NCBI GenBank assembly: GCA_048938105.1
Contig: JBHLMN010000025.1
Span: 17,723-81,722 of the forward strand
DNA from: Promethearchaeota archaeon
Lineage (GTDB): Archaea; Asgardarchaeota; Heimdallarchaeia; Hodarchaeales; Hodarchaeaceae
Length of the DNA stretch: 64,000 bases
Direction of reading: 5' to 3'
Notes under the pieces: model-generated
Seen by the model: the letters and a program-made list of their open reading frames with translations, nothing else
Told to the model about the DNA's origin: nothing
The model's database searches: none
Part shown: piece after piece, positions 10,694-20,222 of the stretch
Layout: the number at the start of each line of letters is the position of its first letter
Position numbering within the stretch: the stretch's first letter is position 1
Program-made: the position numbers and the translations under genes

Positions 10694-10993
10694 TTATTTC
10701 GAAGATCCTAAGCTTCCCATTAAGATAAATACCTTTCTCTTTCCAATTTGATTTGACAAGATTGCAGTTAAAATATCAGCAATCAAGTAAGAAGCATAGA
10801 GGGCTGTGTCGAAATAGGAAGCTTTCAATAAGTATAAACTAAACCGCTCAACCAGGAATTCATATTGATTTGTGTGTAGAAGTGTTGGAGTCAAAATGGT
10901 TACGAAAACCAAAACACCCAACACAATGATTTGCGTCATTGAACTGGGATTTATTGCACTCTAGAAATCCCGATCCCTATTTTCCTTTTTCAT
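10694..10993 (-). pseudogene. Truncated MFS transporter N-terminus
   Basis: About 3 TM segments with an MFS motif-A-like LSNQIGKRK, then an early stop; upstream in-frame ATG at 10993 is cut off by a TAG. Confidence 0.6.
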
Positions 10994-11073
10994 TTCTCAT
11001 CTATTAATTAATATATTACTGATTGGTAATTCAAACCTTTGTTGAAATAATTTAATTCTATGATAAATCCTTG

Positions 11074-12027
11074 TTATGGGAGAAAAGAAGTAATGACCAC
11101 TCCCACAAATAACCAGAGAAATGCAAATGCCATAAAAATTGATGCCAGTTTGAAGATCTTAAATGTCCTTTCATGAGATGGTTTTCTAAGATTAGTAAAT
11201 GCTTGAAAAAGGATGAATAAACAAAAAAGAATTAAAGGGAGAAGAGCGAGAAGATTAATTTCTAGACTGATCCCAGCTAGAACAATGATTGAAGCACTAA
11301 GAATAGCTGATAATGTTACAACACGAATTGTTTGGGTTTGACTACTGACTACAGGCCACATGGGGACACCGGCATTCTTATATCCCTCTAGGTTCTTGGG
11401 GATAAGAGCTAGAGTAAGAATATGCAAAGGAATCCAACAGAGAACAAAAAGCCCCATCAATATTGCAGTCAGATCAATTATTCCAATCACTGCAGCTCGC
11501 CCCGCAACAGCTGGGAGTCCTCCTGCAACACCCCCAAAAATTATAGATAACCGTGTTCGTCGTTTTAACAAAAGTGAATAAACAACAACATCAAAAAAAA
11601 ACCCTAAGAAGACAACAACCATTGTAAGAAAATTAACAAATATTCCCACCACCAGAGTACCTGCAGCTGTGAAGAGAATTCCGTGTTTTAACACAGTCGA
11701 AGGAGGAACTCTTCGACTGGGTAAAGGACGATCTCTTGTTCTTTCCATAAGTGCATCAATATTACGATCTACGTACATATTAAGCAATGTGGAGCCAGAA
11801 ATTGCAAAAAAAAGCCCAACAACAAACCAAATGAATGACAATAGGTTGAAGCTTGCGCCCCAAGCGGTTATTAGATGAGCAAAAATTGCAGTATATAGAA
11901 GAAGAAATGTTTGTTTGCTTTTGATAAGTTCCCCGTATGTAGAAAGAGAAAGAGGGGGGTATGAATATTTTACCAATTCTTCATGTTCCAGTTGTTGTTG
12001 GGGAATTTCCATTTCATCCATCAACAA
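11074..12027 (-). CDS. cyoE: Protoheme IX farnesyltransferase (heme O synthase, CyoE/CtaB)
   Basis: NMYVDRNIDALMERTRDRPLPS, YSLLLKRRT, GGVAGGLP, WIPLH, YKNAGVPM. Confidence 0.93.
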   Translation of the reverse strand: MLMDEMEIPQQQLEHEELVKYSYPPLSLSTYGELIKSKQTFLLLYTAIFAHLITAWGASFNLLSFIWFVVGLFFAISGSTLLNMYVDRNIDALMERTRDRPLPSRRVPPSTVLKHGILFTAAGTLVVGIFVNFLTMVVVFLGFFFDVVVYSLLLKRRTRLSIIFGGVAGGLPAVAGRAAVIGIIDLTAILMGLFVLCWIPLHILTLALIPKNLEGYKNAGVPMWPVVSSQTQTIRVVTLSAILSASIIVLAGISLEINLLALLPLILFCLFILFQAFTNLRKPSHERTFKIFKLASIFMAFAFLWLFVGVVITSFLP

Positions 12028-12059
12028 GCCATTCCATAATTACTCAATTGAATAGGGTA

Positions 12060-13643
12060 TTATTCTGGGAACTCCTTAACATCTTTTCTTCCTTTGAGAA
12101 TCTGGATGAGCTGATGGAAACAAAAGATGGTAATTGCAATGACAAAAAGCATTATTCCAAAATCAATTATAAGATTAATTAAAGATAGATTGGGTAGTAA
12201 AGGCATATTGTGAAGCCAGTAATCCAGTACATCATCGTATTTATCTAATTCTGCCGCCCAAGTCTGATCAAAGTGGGGAAAATACATATAGATCGCTGTA
12301 GGAAGAAATGCCATGATGCTACCAGCAAAAGACAGCCAACCCATTGCTATTCGTGGCTTACCTTGAATATCTAATATGTCAATGAAGAAAAGGAGGAGGA
12401 GGATCGCTGATAACACAGCTAAAACGTGCCAATGACCACGGGCAACCGTATCTTCGATAGCTACAGGGCCCGATCGAAATGATACCATACCTGTTACCCT
12501 CGTCAAAATTGAATCATCGCGAAGACTAAGCGCAAGGAATATACCTGTAAAAGTCATTACGAAATTTACCCATATGAATAAGAAATATAACGTAAGTTTC
12601 ACAGGATCTTTGAACACAGCTTTTGCACGAGTAAGCCAGGATGCAGATCCATAAGAATCACCAAGGATTTCCTTACTCGTTTTATTCCAACCAGTTAATG
12701 CCAATATTAAACCAACAGTTACGAGAATTGCTGAGCCTGCATAAATTAGATAATGAATATCAACATCAGCGAATGAATGAATCCACTCGGAGATTGTAAC
12801 AAGCCAACATCCTATTGACATGATGATAAATCCTGGAATAGCAAGTAACATTGAAATAAGATACCACTTCCCCTTTTGATCTGGAACAGTGTACCGATAT
12901 ACAACTAGTAAGATAATCACATCGATAAGTCCCAACATTATATGTAAATGACCCTTAATCCCATCAACAAATATAACTGGGTAAGTAATATAGTCATATT
13001 CTCTAAGAAAATATTCTGCTTGTAATACTGTCAATCCATTACCGAAGAAAGCTCCTATTGACGCTCCGAGTACAACACTTGCTAAGATACAGATAGTAAG
13101 TAGTGCTAATGCAAGTTGTGCGACAAAAATATTCCTACCTGTATCTGGATCTCGTCTTGGGAAGGTCCTGGTTGGGAAAACACCGATAAGTAACATGATA
13201 CCCGCATAGAAACAAAGAGACATCCCTACCAAGAACAGACCATGTAATATCCACGCCTCTGGAAGAATATACGCAAAAATCAGTGCATTCGCAGAAGCTA
13301 AAATACTCCCAATAAATAAAGGCCATTTCACGCGCGATCTAAACTTCTCCCGAACATCCATGAATTCCAGAACAAAATATGTACATACAGCAATGAATGG
13401 AACCGAGATTGCATGATAAACCATAATTATACGGCCCGCTTTTTCAACTGGATCGGGGTCTAATGTCATCCAAGGCTCTACATTTAAGAGTCCCGTTATT
13501 GGTTCAGAAAAGGTCGATAAAAAGAGAACAATACAGAACTCCCAAACAATCGTAAAAGTTATCATTCCTTTATAGGTCAGACCATAATTGATTTTGTACT
13601 TTAACCAGGGAATAATTCCTTCTTCTTTTACTTCAGTCGTCAT
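12060..13643 (-). CDS. Polytopic membrane protein with intramembrane His motifs (putative heme-binding), upstream of cyoE
   Basis: About 12 hydrophobic segments; VYHA, ILHG, GHLH, DIHY, GHWH. Confidence 0.7.
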   Translation of the reverse strand: MTTEVKEEGIIPWLKYKINYGLTYKGMITFTIVWEFCIVLFLSTFSEPITGLLNVEPWMTLDPDPVEKAGRIIMVYHAISVPFIAVCTYFVLEFMDVREKFRSRVKWPLFIGSILASANALIFAYILPEAWILHGLFLVGMSLCFYAGIMLLIGVFPTRTFPRRDPDTGRNIFVAQLALALLTICILASVVLGASIGAFFGNGLTVLQAEYFLREYDYITYPVIFVDGIKGHLHIMLGLIDVIILLVVYRYTVPDQKGKWYLISMLLAIPGFIIMSIGCWLVTISEWIHSFADVDIHYLIYAGSAILVTVGLILALTGWNKTSKEILGDSYGSASWLTRAKAVFKDPVKLTLYFLFIWVNFVMTFTGIFLALSLRDDSILTRVTGMVSFRSGPVAIEDTVARGHWHVLAVLSAILLLLFFIDILDIQGKPRIAMGWLSFAGSIMAFLPTAIYMYFPHFDQTWAAELDKYDDVLDYWLHNMPLLPNLSLINLIIDFGIMLFVIAITIFCFHQLIQILKGRKDVKEFPE

Positions 13644-13827
13644 ATAATAACCTCTTGAGTAATATCTCTTATTATGGTTTTTTGATGGTTTTTTGACATT
13701 TTATCAATTCTTCATAAGAAATATTTATGATTTAATTTCAACTACTTTAGTAAGTTAAGACTGAGATTTCGATATTTTTATTCAATCTTCTGACAATAAG
13801 TAAGTTTTCTATGGTTTTTCTAATTTG

Positions 13828-13851
13828 GTGAGAAAAAAGTAATCTGATAAC
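13828..13851 (-). promoter_or_regulatory. 24-bp shared operator, copy A
   Basis: Minus strand GTTATCAGATTACTTTTTTCTCAC; matches copies at 16455, 16633 and 18408. Confidence 0.7.
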
Positions 13852-13961
13852 TTCCATTCCCAATGATTGGAAAAAAAAAATAAGGTAGAAAAGACATATT
13901 TTCTACTGGATTGTAATTATTTACCTTCAATGTGTTTGAACGTCAATTACTAGGAATTTAT

Positions 13962-14627
13962 TTAGAAAGGGATTTCTGCTTTCCATTTACTGGGTAACAG
14001 AATTCCTAGAACGAAGAAGACTCCAACAATTACTAATAAGAGAGGTAACACATCAAAAATTTGTTGTTCAGTTAAAAATGGATTTTCCAATGCAACAAAG
14101 GCAAGCAATACTCCACCAAATGAAATTAGTAATCCACCAATTGAGAAGAGAATACTTGTCATTTCCGTTTTTTTAGTGAAGGCGGTATAAAGTGGAATAC
14201 CAACAATTGAAAGACCACTGGGGATATGGAGGCCCATTAATACAGGTGAGGAAAAGGCATCAAGACCAGAAATGAGCTCAAGTCGGACAACTGCCAAAAC
14301 TAGTACCATTACAACTGTAAAAATAGTGTAAAATAATCCGTAAGGTTTGTCCTTCCAAACAGCAAAGAATAGTCCAATTGCTAAACAAGCAGGTATAAAA
14401 GCTGCAACTACTGGCACTAAGGGTTCCTTAAGGATGATAAAACCGTTCAATATAATCAAAACTCCCGATACAAACAGAACAAGGAAGCTAATGGCCCATG
14501 CTATATGATAGACTTTCTTATTCTTTAAGTAATTTAAAATAAGCAAGATTGCCATAACTAGTGCCACAACACCAGTCACCAATAATAGTAGTATTGGTAT
14601 TAGGTTCGTTGATATATCATCTAACAT
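13962..14627 (-). CDS. About 7-TM membrane protein of unknown function
   Basis: Hydrophobic throughout; His in YHIAW and GLHIP. Confidence 0.75.
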   Translation of the reverse strand: MLDDISTNLIPILLLLVTGVVALVMAILLILNYLKNKKVYHIAWAISFLVLFVSGVLIILNGFIILKEPLVPVVAAFIPACLAIGLFFAVWKDKPYGLFYTIFTVVMVLVLAVVRLELISGLDAFSSPVLMGLHIPSGLSIVGIPLYTAFTKKTEMTSILFSIGGLLISFGGVLLAFVALENPFLTEQQIFDVLPLLLVIVGVFFVLGILLPSKWKAEIPF

Positions 14628-14733
14628 CTTTAAACCTCAAATAACAATTGTTAAATCTGCAGAATAGTAGTAGGTGGCAAAAATATTAGGATTTGCTAAA
14701 CGAAAGCTCATGGATTAATAGTTCAGATAGTAC

Positions 14734-14757
14734 ATAACAAAAAAATAACCTAATTAT
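14734..14757 (-). promoter_or_regulatory. Degenerate copy of the 24-bp operator
   Basis: Minus strand ATAATTAGGTTATTTTTTTGTTAT, between the 7-TM gene and the HxlR gene. Confidence 0.4.
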
Positions 14758-14903
14758 TTTTGAGGTAAAAAAATATATACTTGAATTAGGAGTAGCTAAT
14801 AGTTATTATGAAAAATTATTCAATATAATTAATGAATAATTCCCTATTATTAAGAACTGGTTTTTTTCTTAAACCTAAGTTTAATTAAGAAGGTAAATAT
14901 ACG

Positions 14904-15374
14904 ATGAATAATTACTCAGAAGATGAATGCTCTGCTATGGTCGCTATCAAGATTCTTGGACGGAAGTGGATTCCTTGGATTGTGTGTGAACTCTTATCAG
15001 CGGGAGAACTATTCTTTTCTGACCTCCTAGACAGAATTGAAGGAACTTATGGGGAAAAAATATCCGCAAGAGTCTTATCGGAGTCTTTGTCCAGGTTAGA
15101 AGAGATGAACTTATTAGAACGTACGGTAGTTAGCGAAACAATGCCCATTAGAGTGAGATACTCCTTGACTCCTAAAGGAACAGATCTTCAGGTAGTTTTT
15201 GCGGTTTTAAAGGGGTGGGGAATAAAATGGGGAGACATTCGTCAGAAAAGATGTCGTTCATTCAGTTGTATTCATAATTGTGTTCCAATGATTGATATTG
15301 ATAAAGCAGCAGGTTTGTTGGAACTAAGAGATCCAGAATCACCCCCTCTGAATAAGATTGAGGATTCTTCTTAG
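14904..15374 (+). CDS. HxlR/DUF24-family winged-helix regulator with N-terminal Cys and C-terminal CxxxxCxxxC
   Basis: EC...ILGRKW, FSDL, ISARVLSESL, PIRVRYSLTPKG..L. Confidence 0.9.
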   Translation: MNNYSEDECSAMVAIKILGRKWIPWIVCELLSAGELFFSDLLDRIEGTYGEKISARVLSESLSRLEEMNLLERTVVSETMPIRVRYSLTPKGTDLQVVFAVLKGWGIKWGDIRQKRCRSFSCIHNCVPMIDIDKAAGLLELRDPESPPLNKIEDSS

Positions 15375-15560
15375 CTTGTCGTTCTAGCGTTTTTTATTAG
15401 GATTGATCAAAAAGAACTCCATATCGAAGGGTTTATTGTTAAAAAACGAGGGTACTTCATTCGTGAGATGATTAGGTAATAAAAAAAGAGTGGAAGAAAA
15501 CCTACCAAGTTGTTTTCTTCGGATGTTGTCAGGCTTAGTCTCAAGAAAATAATTTCTTAA

Positions 15561-16295
15561 TTAGGTTTTCAAAGGTACTGGTTTAGGAGAATAGATTACA
15601 TTTAACAATCGTCCAGCAATTTGTGTAATCATCCCAAGTAAGAAACACAACATTCCACCAAAGAACTGAAGTGTGCCTGAGGATAAGAGATAACCATATC
15701 TATCTACACCAATATTTACCCCATCAATTATGTGTGTTGGCATAATTAAAGGTTGAACCATCATTACAATCCCTAAACCAAATAACACAAAAGCAAAGTT
15801 TGCAACTTGAGATCCAACGCTTCCTCCAGAAGAAGAAGCAGGTTCTTCTATATGTACCTTAATTTCTTGCTTAAACTTTGGTAATAATAGTAAGATCAAT
15901 ATGATCAAATTCAGGATCGCTGAAATCCAAGAAGGGGTGAAAAGTAAACCTGTCCGTGGTGTAGAAAAAAAGCCAATTGACATTAATATAGCAGGAATAC
16001 CTCTCCCTATAATTCCTGTAATACTGGCAATAAGGGCTGCTGGATAGAACCACGTTTTTCTAGCCCAATATGCCCAGATAAGAACTCCCCACGCAAGCGC
16101 TGAGAACCAGGTCACAAAGTAAGTGATAAACCAGATTTCTGAATAGTCTCCTGCAATTGCGAATGGCCCCTTTTGCCAAAATGGATCAAGTGATACGCAC
16201 GTACTTCCAATGGCACTAACAACTCCAACAGCTGCTGCCGCACCTATTAAGAATTCCATTTTATGTTGAGTTATTGCTTTTAATATACTACTCAA
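15561..16295 (-). CDS. Membrane protein of unknown function
   Basis: About 6 TM helices. Confidence 0.75.
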   Translation of the reverse strand: MSSILKAITQHKMEFLIGAAAAVGVVSAIGSTCVSLDPFWQKGPFAIAGDYSEIWFITYFVTWFSALAWGVLIWAYWARKTWFYPAALIASITGIIGRGIPAILMSIGFFSTPRTGLLFTPSWISAILNLIILILLLLPKFKQEIKVHIEEPASSSGGSVGSQVANFAFVLFGLGIVMMVQPLIMPTHIIDGVNIGVDRYGYLLSSGTLQFFGGMLCFLLGMITQIAGRLLNVIYSPKPVPLKT

Positions 16296-16454
16296 GTTCC
16301 TAACCTTCTTTTTTCTGATTAAATTTCTGCATTAATTTTTAGGATGTACAAGGCTTGAAATTTCAACTAATCATTTGATTGACTATCAAAAATTCAGTTC
16401 TTGGTTCCTTCCAATGTTGCGAATAAGAGCATTTGGTAAGATTTGAATAATATA

Positions 16455-16478
16455 GTGAGAAGAAAGTAACCTGATTAC
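16455..16478 (-). promoter_or_regulatory. 24-bp shared operator, copy B
   Basis: Minus strand GTAATCAGGTTACTTTCTTCTCAC. Confidence 0.7.
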
Positions 16479-16632
16479 TTAGTAAGGGAAAAAACCAGAA
16501 TAAAAATCATCCTAAAAATATACTACAAAAAGCTTTGAAATTAAGATGTTAATTACTTCCCGAGAATTACAGCGCTATCCCACACGATTTATTAAATTCA
16601 CAATTACACTAAGCCTATAAACAACCTTGCAT

Positions 16633-16656
16633 GTTATCGGGTTACTTTCTGTTTAC
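16633..16656 (+). promoter_or_regulatory. 24-bp shared operator, copy C
   Basis: GTTATCGGGTTACTTTCTGTTTAC followed by TTGATTATTGAAAACTTAGAAAA. Confidence 0.7.
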
Positions 16657-16808
16657 TTGATTATTGAAAACTTAGAAAACACTTCTTATTGAAGGAGGGT
16701 GCCTTTTAATAGAGCCCCCTGAAATTTCAATGATCATTCTGATGATTGATTGATATTTCAAAGAGAATTGGGGCTTAATGGCATTAATAAACATGAGGAG
16801 ATAAGGAT

Positions 16809-18185
16809 TTGAATGGAAAGCCGAAACATACCATGCTTTTAACCTCAGTGATTGCTATATTTTTCTTGATCGGAGGAGTATTTGTTATTAAAACTTCTGT
16901 TCATTTTTTCCCGATAGATAGCTCAATTGATTCGAATTTAATTAGCAATGAAGCGAATAAAGTTATTCCTCAGAATTACACCAGACGGGAGGTTATGAAT
17001 GTTCAACAAGACGCGTGTTGTGGTCATACTGATACAACTCCTCCTACAATACAAATCAATTCGCCTGCTAATAATTCCTTTGTACTTGGAGGTACAATTA
17101 TTGATCTAAAAATTTTTGATGATAATCCGTTTTATGATTACGAAGCAAAACAAGTCCTTTATCGTTGGGGAACAGACCAAAGTAATACAACCCTTGACTC
17201 TCCTCATAATGTGGTTATATCAAATGATATTGGAACATATGTTTTGTATGTCTATGCAGAGGATAATGATGATAATTGGGGTTCAGCTATATTCAGTTTT
17301 ACAGTTACATTAACTTACAATCCACCGACTATAGAAATAATTTTCCCCAGCACTAGTAATCAAACTCTTACAGGAATGAAGTTATTCAGTGCCAATGTGA
17401 ATGATGATAATGGAATTCTCGACGTAAAAATACAAATCGATGTAGTGGTGGATGGTGTTAGGTATCCTGGTCGTACTTACCCTATGTATTATAACGAGAC
17501 ATCTAGTTATTATGACATGAATTTCAATGTTTCATCGCTGACTAATGGCTACCATTGGCTTGTAACAATCGCTACAGATCTTGATGGGGAACAGCACATA
17601 GTTACTAAAGAAATTGATTTTACAGTTATTGGTGGGATAGGAGTAATTGTGGGGGGTGATCCACCTGAATGGGATCAAATCCAATCAGTTCTTCCCAAAA
17701 ATGTTAGTAAATATATCGAAGAAGATAAATTCTCAGATTACGAGGCAGAAGTTGGTGATGTTTACTTTAAGCTGGTTGTATCTGATGAAGTGGGAATTGC
17801 AGCAGTTGATCTCACAGTTTACGCGTTGGATGATTTTGATAATAGTACTGGTGAGTTTGAGCTTGGTGATGCTCGGATAGAATTATCTGAATCTCTAAGT
17901 CAAATTGGAACCAATGGAAACTGGCTTATATATGAATATACATGGGATAGCACATCTTCTTTGGATAATTATTATCTATGTAAATTTGAAATCCAAGATG
18001 AGGATACGATAACGAATCGCTTAATAATCAGCATAGTTCTTGAGATAGACAACGTTGTTGATGATCAACCAACCGTTGACTTTGGTTCACCAGGGTTTGA
18101 GGTAGAAATACTAATTCTCGCTCTGTCAAGTTTGGTTCTCTTAGCTGTCCTTATCAACCGTAATCATACTCACAAGAATGACTAG
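16809..18185 (+). CDS. Secreted acidic Ig-like-repeat surface protein with PGF-type C-terminal anchor
   Basis: Signal/TM segment; D(T/N)xPPxI-type Ig repeats; SPGF+TM tail; ACCGH near the N-terminus. Confidence 0.8.
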   Translation: MNGKPKHTMLLTSVIAIFFLIGGVFVIKTSVHFFPIDSSIDSNLISNEANKVIPQNYTRREVMNVQQDACCGHTDTTPPTIQINSPANNSFVLGGTIIDLKIFDDNPFYDYEAKQVLYRWGTDQSNTTLDSPHNVVISNDIGTYVLYVYAEDNDDNWGSAIFSFTVTLTYNPPTIEIIFPSTSNQTLTGMKLFSANVNDDNGILDVKIQIDVVVDGVRYPGRTYPMYYNETSSYYDMNFNVSSLTNGYHWLVTIATDLDGEQHIVTKEIDFTVIGGIGVIVGGDPPEWDQIQSVLPKNVSKYIEEDKFSDYEAEVGDVYFKLVVSDEVGIAAVDLTVYALDDFDNSTGEFELGDARIELSESLSQIGTNGNWLIYEYTWDSTSSLDNYYLCKFEIQDEDTITNRLIISIVLEIDNVVDDQPTVDFGSPGFEVEILILALSSLVLLAVLINRNHTHKND

Positions 18186-18407
18186 AGAACTAGACTCCAA
18201 TCATCTCATCTTTCCCCAAGATTGCTATTTGTTTATTTTGTGATTCAAATTTTCTCATTTTTATTTCCAGAATTATTATTAAAATAATCATGTTCAAAGG
18301 TGTAGAAGACAACCAAACCTACTCTGACTTAGAATTCCATAGGTTCTCTGCTATTATACCTCAACACAGGGTACTCTAATGATGATAATTTCGAGTATTT
18401 TTTACAT

Positions 18408-18431
18408 GTAATCAGGTTACTTTCTACTTAC
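18408..18431 (+). promoter_or_regulatory. 24-bp shared operator, copy D (cytochrome 2 promoter)
   Basis: GTAATCAGGTTACTTTCTACTTAC followed by TTGATTATTGAAACCTTAGAAAA. Confidence 0.7.
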
Positions 18432-18615
18432 TTGATTATTGAAACCTTAGAAAATCTTCTAAAAGTCGTAGGATGTTCTTTATCAGACTTGAAATTTCCT
18501 TAATCTTTCTTATGATTAATCGAAATTTCAAACAGAGCCTATTCTCAAAAATTTAAATCAAAACAGAAATTTGCAGTAACTTTAAATGAAATCCAAAAAA
18601 AATGGCGGAATTTTA

Positions 18616-20178
18616 ATGAATGACCAAGAAGAGATCTTAGTACGCCAAAGTAAGTGGAACGGTCGCAGAGTTGTATTGCTCTACTGGTTTGCTATTGTCT
18701 TCATTGGAACAGCAACAGCTGCTGGTGTTGGAGCTGGTGTTTTAAATCCAAAATACCAGTTTAAAGTGGAACAATACACCCATGACGATAAATTCGGCGA
18801 TGGAACTATCTGGCATCCCGAAGAATGTGCTACTTGCCATCCAGCGGAATACGAAGGTTGGAACCAAACTCTCCACTCTTATCTTTTCGCTGAGTATAAT
18901 GAATCTTATTTGATTCATTATAGCGGTACTTACCAGAACACAACCGCATTCCTGGAAAGTAAAGGCTGTTGCCATGTAACAAATTGGTACAATGATACTT
19001 CTGTTGACCCTTCAGGTGAACTTAAAGTTTGGGATTATGGAGTGACTTGTGCAGCTTGTCACGAGGATCCGGATAATGGATTTGATCCCGTGGGTTATAT
19101 GCCATTCGGTCCAGCATCCTACCCCTGTGGTGGTTATGGTATGAAGGGTATGCCACTATGTCATATCCCCCGTGGTGTTTCTCAGTTTGATATGATTGGT
19201 CCTCACTCCCAAGCGCTCGATGATTTGCTTGCTAGTGACGATATAGACGATTCTTGTCTCCATTGTATGACTGGAAATGGTCTTGTCTATGGTTATGGCC
19301 CAGGTGAAAACAAAAGCTATGAGTACGGAGAACTTATCGGTATCGAGTGTTATGTATGCCACAATCCTATGGGTGTTTCCAATGAACTGTATAAAGAGGA
19401 TAAATATCCTAATCTTACTCTTAATTCTACACTGAGAGCAAATAGTATTCCTGAACTTTGTGGAGAATGTCACAGCGGAGATTACGACTCATCTTATGCA
19501 ATGATAACAGATACTACTGTTCAAGGTCCCCATTCAAACTTCGATTGCACACAATGTCATGGATATTACTTAGATCCTGCAACTGAGTCGCAAAATGCTT
19601 CTTTTGAGCTCAATCATACATGGACACTCAAACTTCCTGATGCGTGTGCTACTTGCCATCTTCCTACGGGTACAAACATGAGTGCTCTCAATGCCACAAT
19701 AATGGCAACTACTATGGAATCTAGGATGGAGCTCCTTGAGGGCATCCAAGAAGATATTGCAGCATTAGTAGATACAGTTGAAACTGAGATAACAGCCACC
19801 ACCACCAAAGCAGACGAAGCTGCAGCAGTTTCAGGTGCTGATGAGGATGAAATCGCTGAAATTTACCTCTTGATTGAAGAAGCTAAAGCCTTGGTCGAGT
19901 TTGTTGAAGCCGATCCAGCAGGTGGATTCCACAATCCTGATCTCACGGAAGTAAAACTACAGTTGGCATTGACTAAGTTATCTTGGGCGAAAACAGCTGC
20001 AGAAGCTATAATCACTCCCCCAGGTACCACCACTGAAGAACCGTTAACAGTAACCAAAACCACACATGCAACTGAAACTATAACTGAAACCACAACTGCA
20101 GCAGCAACAGCTATTGGTATCTTAGCAGTACTCAGTATCCTCAGTGCAACCGTTCTTTTCCAGAAAAAAAGGCGTTAA
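18616..20178 (+). CDS. Surface-anchored multiheme cytochrome c 2 (paralog of 2672..4063)
   Basis: Sites CATCH, GCCH, CAACH, CX10CH, CLHCM, CYVCH, CGECH, CTQCH, CATCH; DPAGGFHNP; Thr-rich linker, TM, KKRR (ORF track start 18586). Confidence 0.92.
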   Translation: MNDQEEILVRQSKWNGRRVVLLYWFAIVFIGTATAAGVGAGVLNPKYQFKVEQYTHDDKFGDGTIWHPEECATCHPAEYEGWNQTLHSYLFAEYNESYLIHYSGTYQNTTAFLESKGCCHVTNWYNDTSVDPSGELKVWDYGVTCAACHEDPDNGFDPVGYMPFGPASYPCGGYGMKGMPLCHIPRGVSQFDMIGPHSQALDDLLASDDIDDSCLHCMTGNGLVYGYGPGENKSYEYGELIGIECYVCHNPMGVSNELYKEDKYPNLTLNSTLRANSIPELCGECHSGDYDSSYAMITDTTVQGPHSNFDCTQCHGYYLDPATESQNASFELNHTWTLKLPDACATCHLPTGTNMSALNATIMATTMESRMELLEGIQEDIAALVDTVETEITATTTKADEAAAVSGADEDEIAEIYLLIEEAKALVEFVEADPAGGFHNPDLTEVKLQLALTKLSWAKTAAEAIITPPGTTTEEPLTVTKTTHATETITETTTAAATAIGILAVLSILSATVLFQKKRR

Positions 20179-20222
20179 ATCTAGATAACAAATTTCGCAT
20201 CATAGTTCATTTCCAAAGCAAG

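Noticed and set aside
12060-13643. Heme-copper oxidase subunit I
   Set aside because: The HPxxY and adjacent HH CuB motifs are not seen, and there is no subunit II gene
2672-20178. Calling the cytochromes nrfA (ammonifying nitrite reductase) or hao
   Set aside because: No CxxCK, no KxQH/KxRH motif and no nrfH/nrfD; only the architecture is NrfA-like
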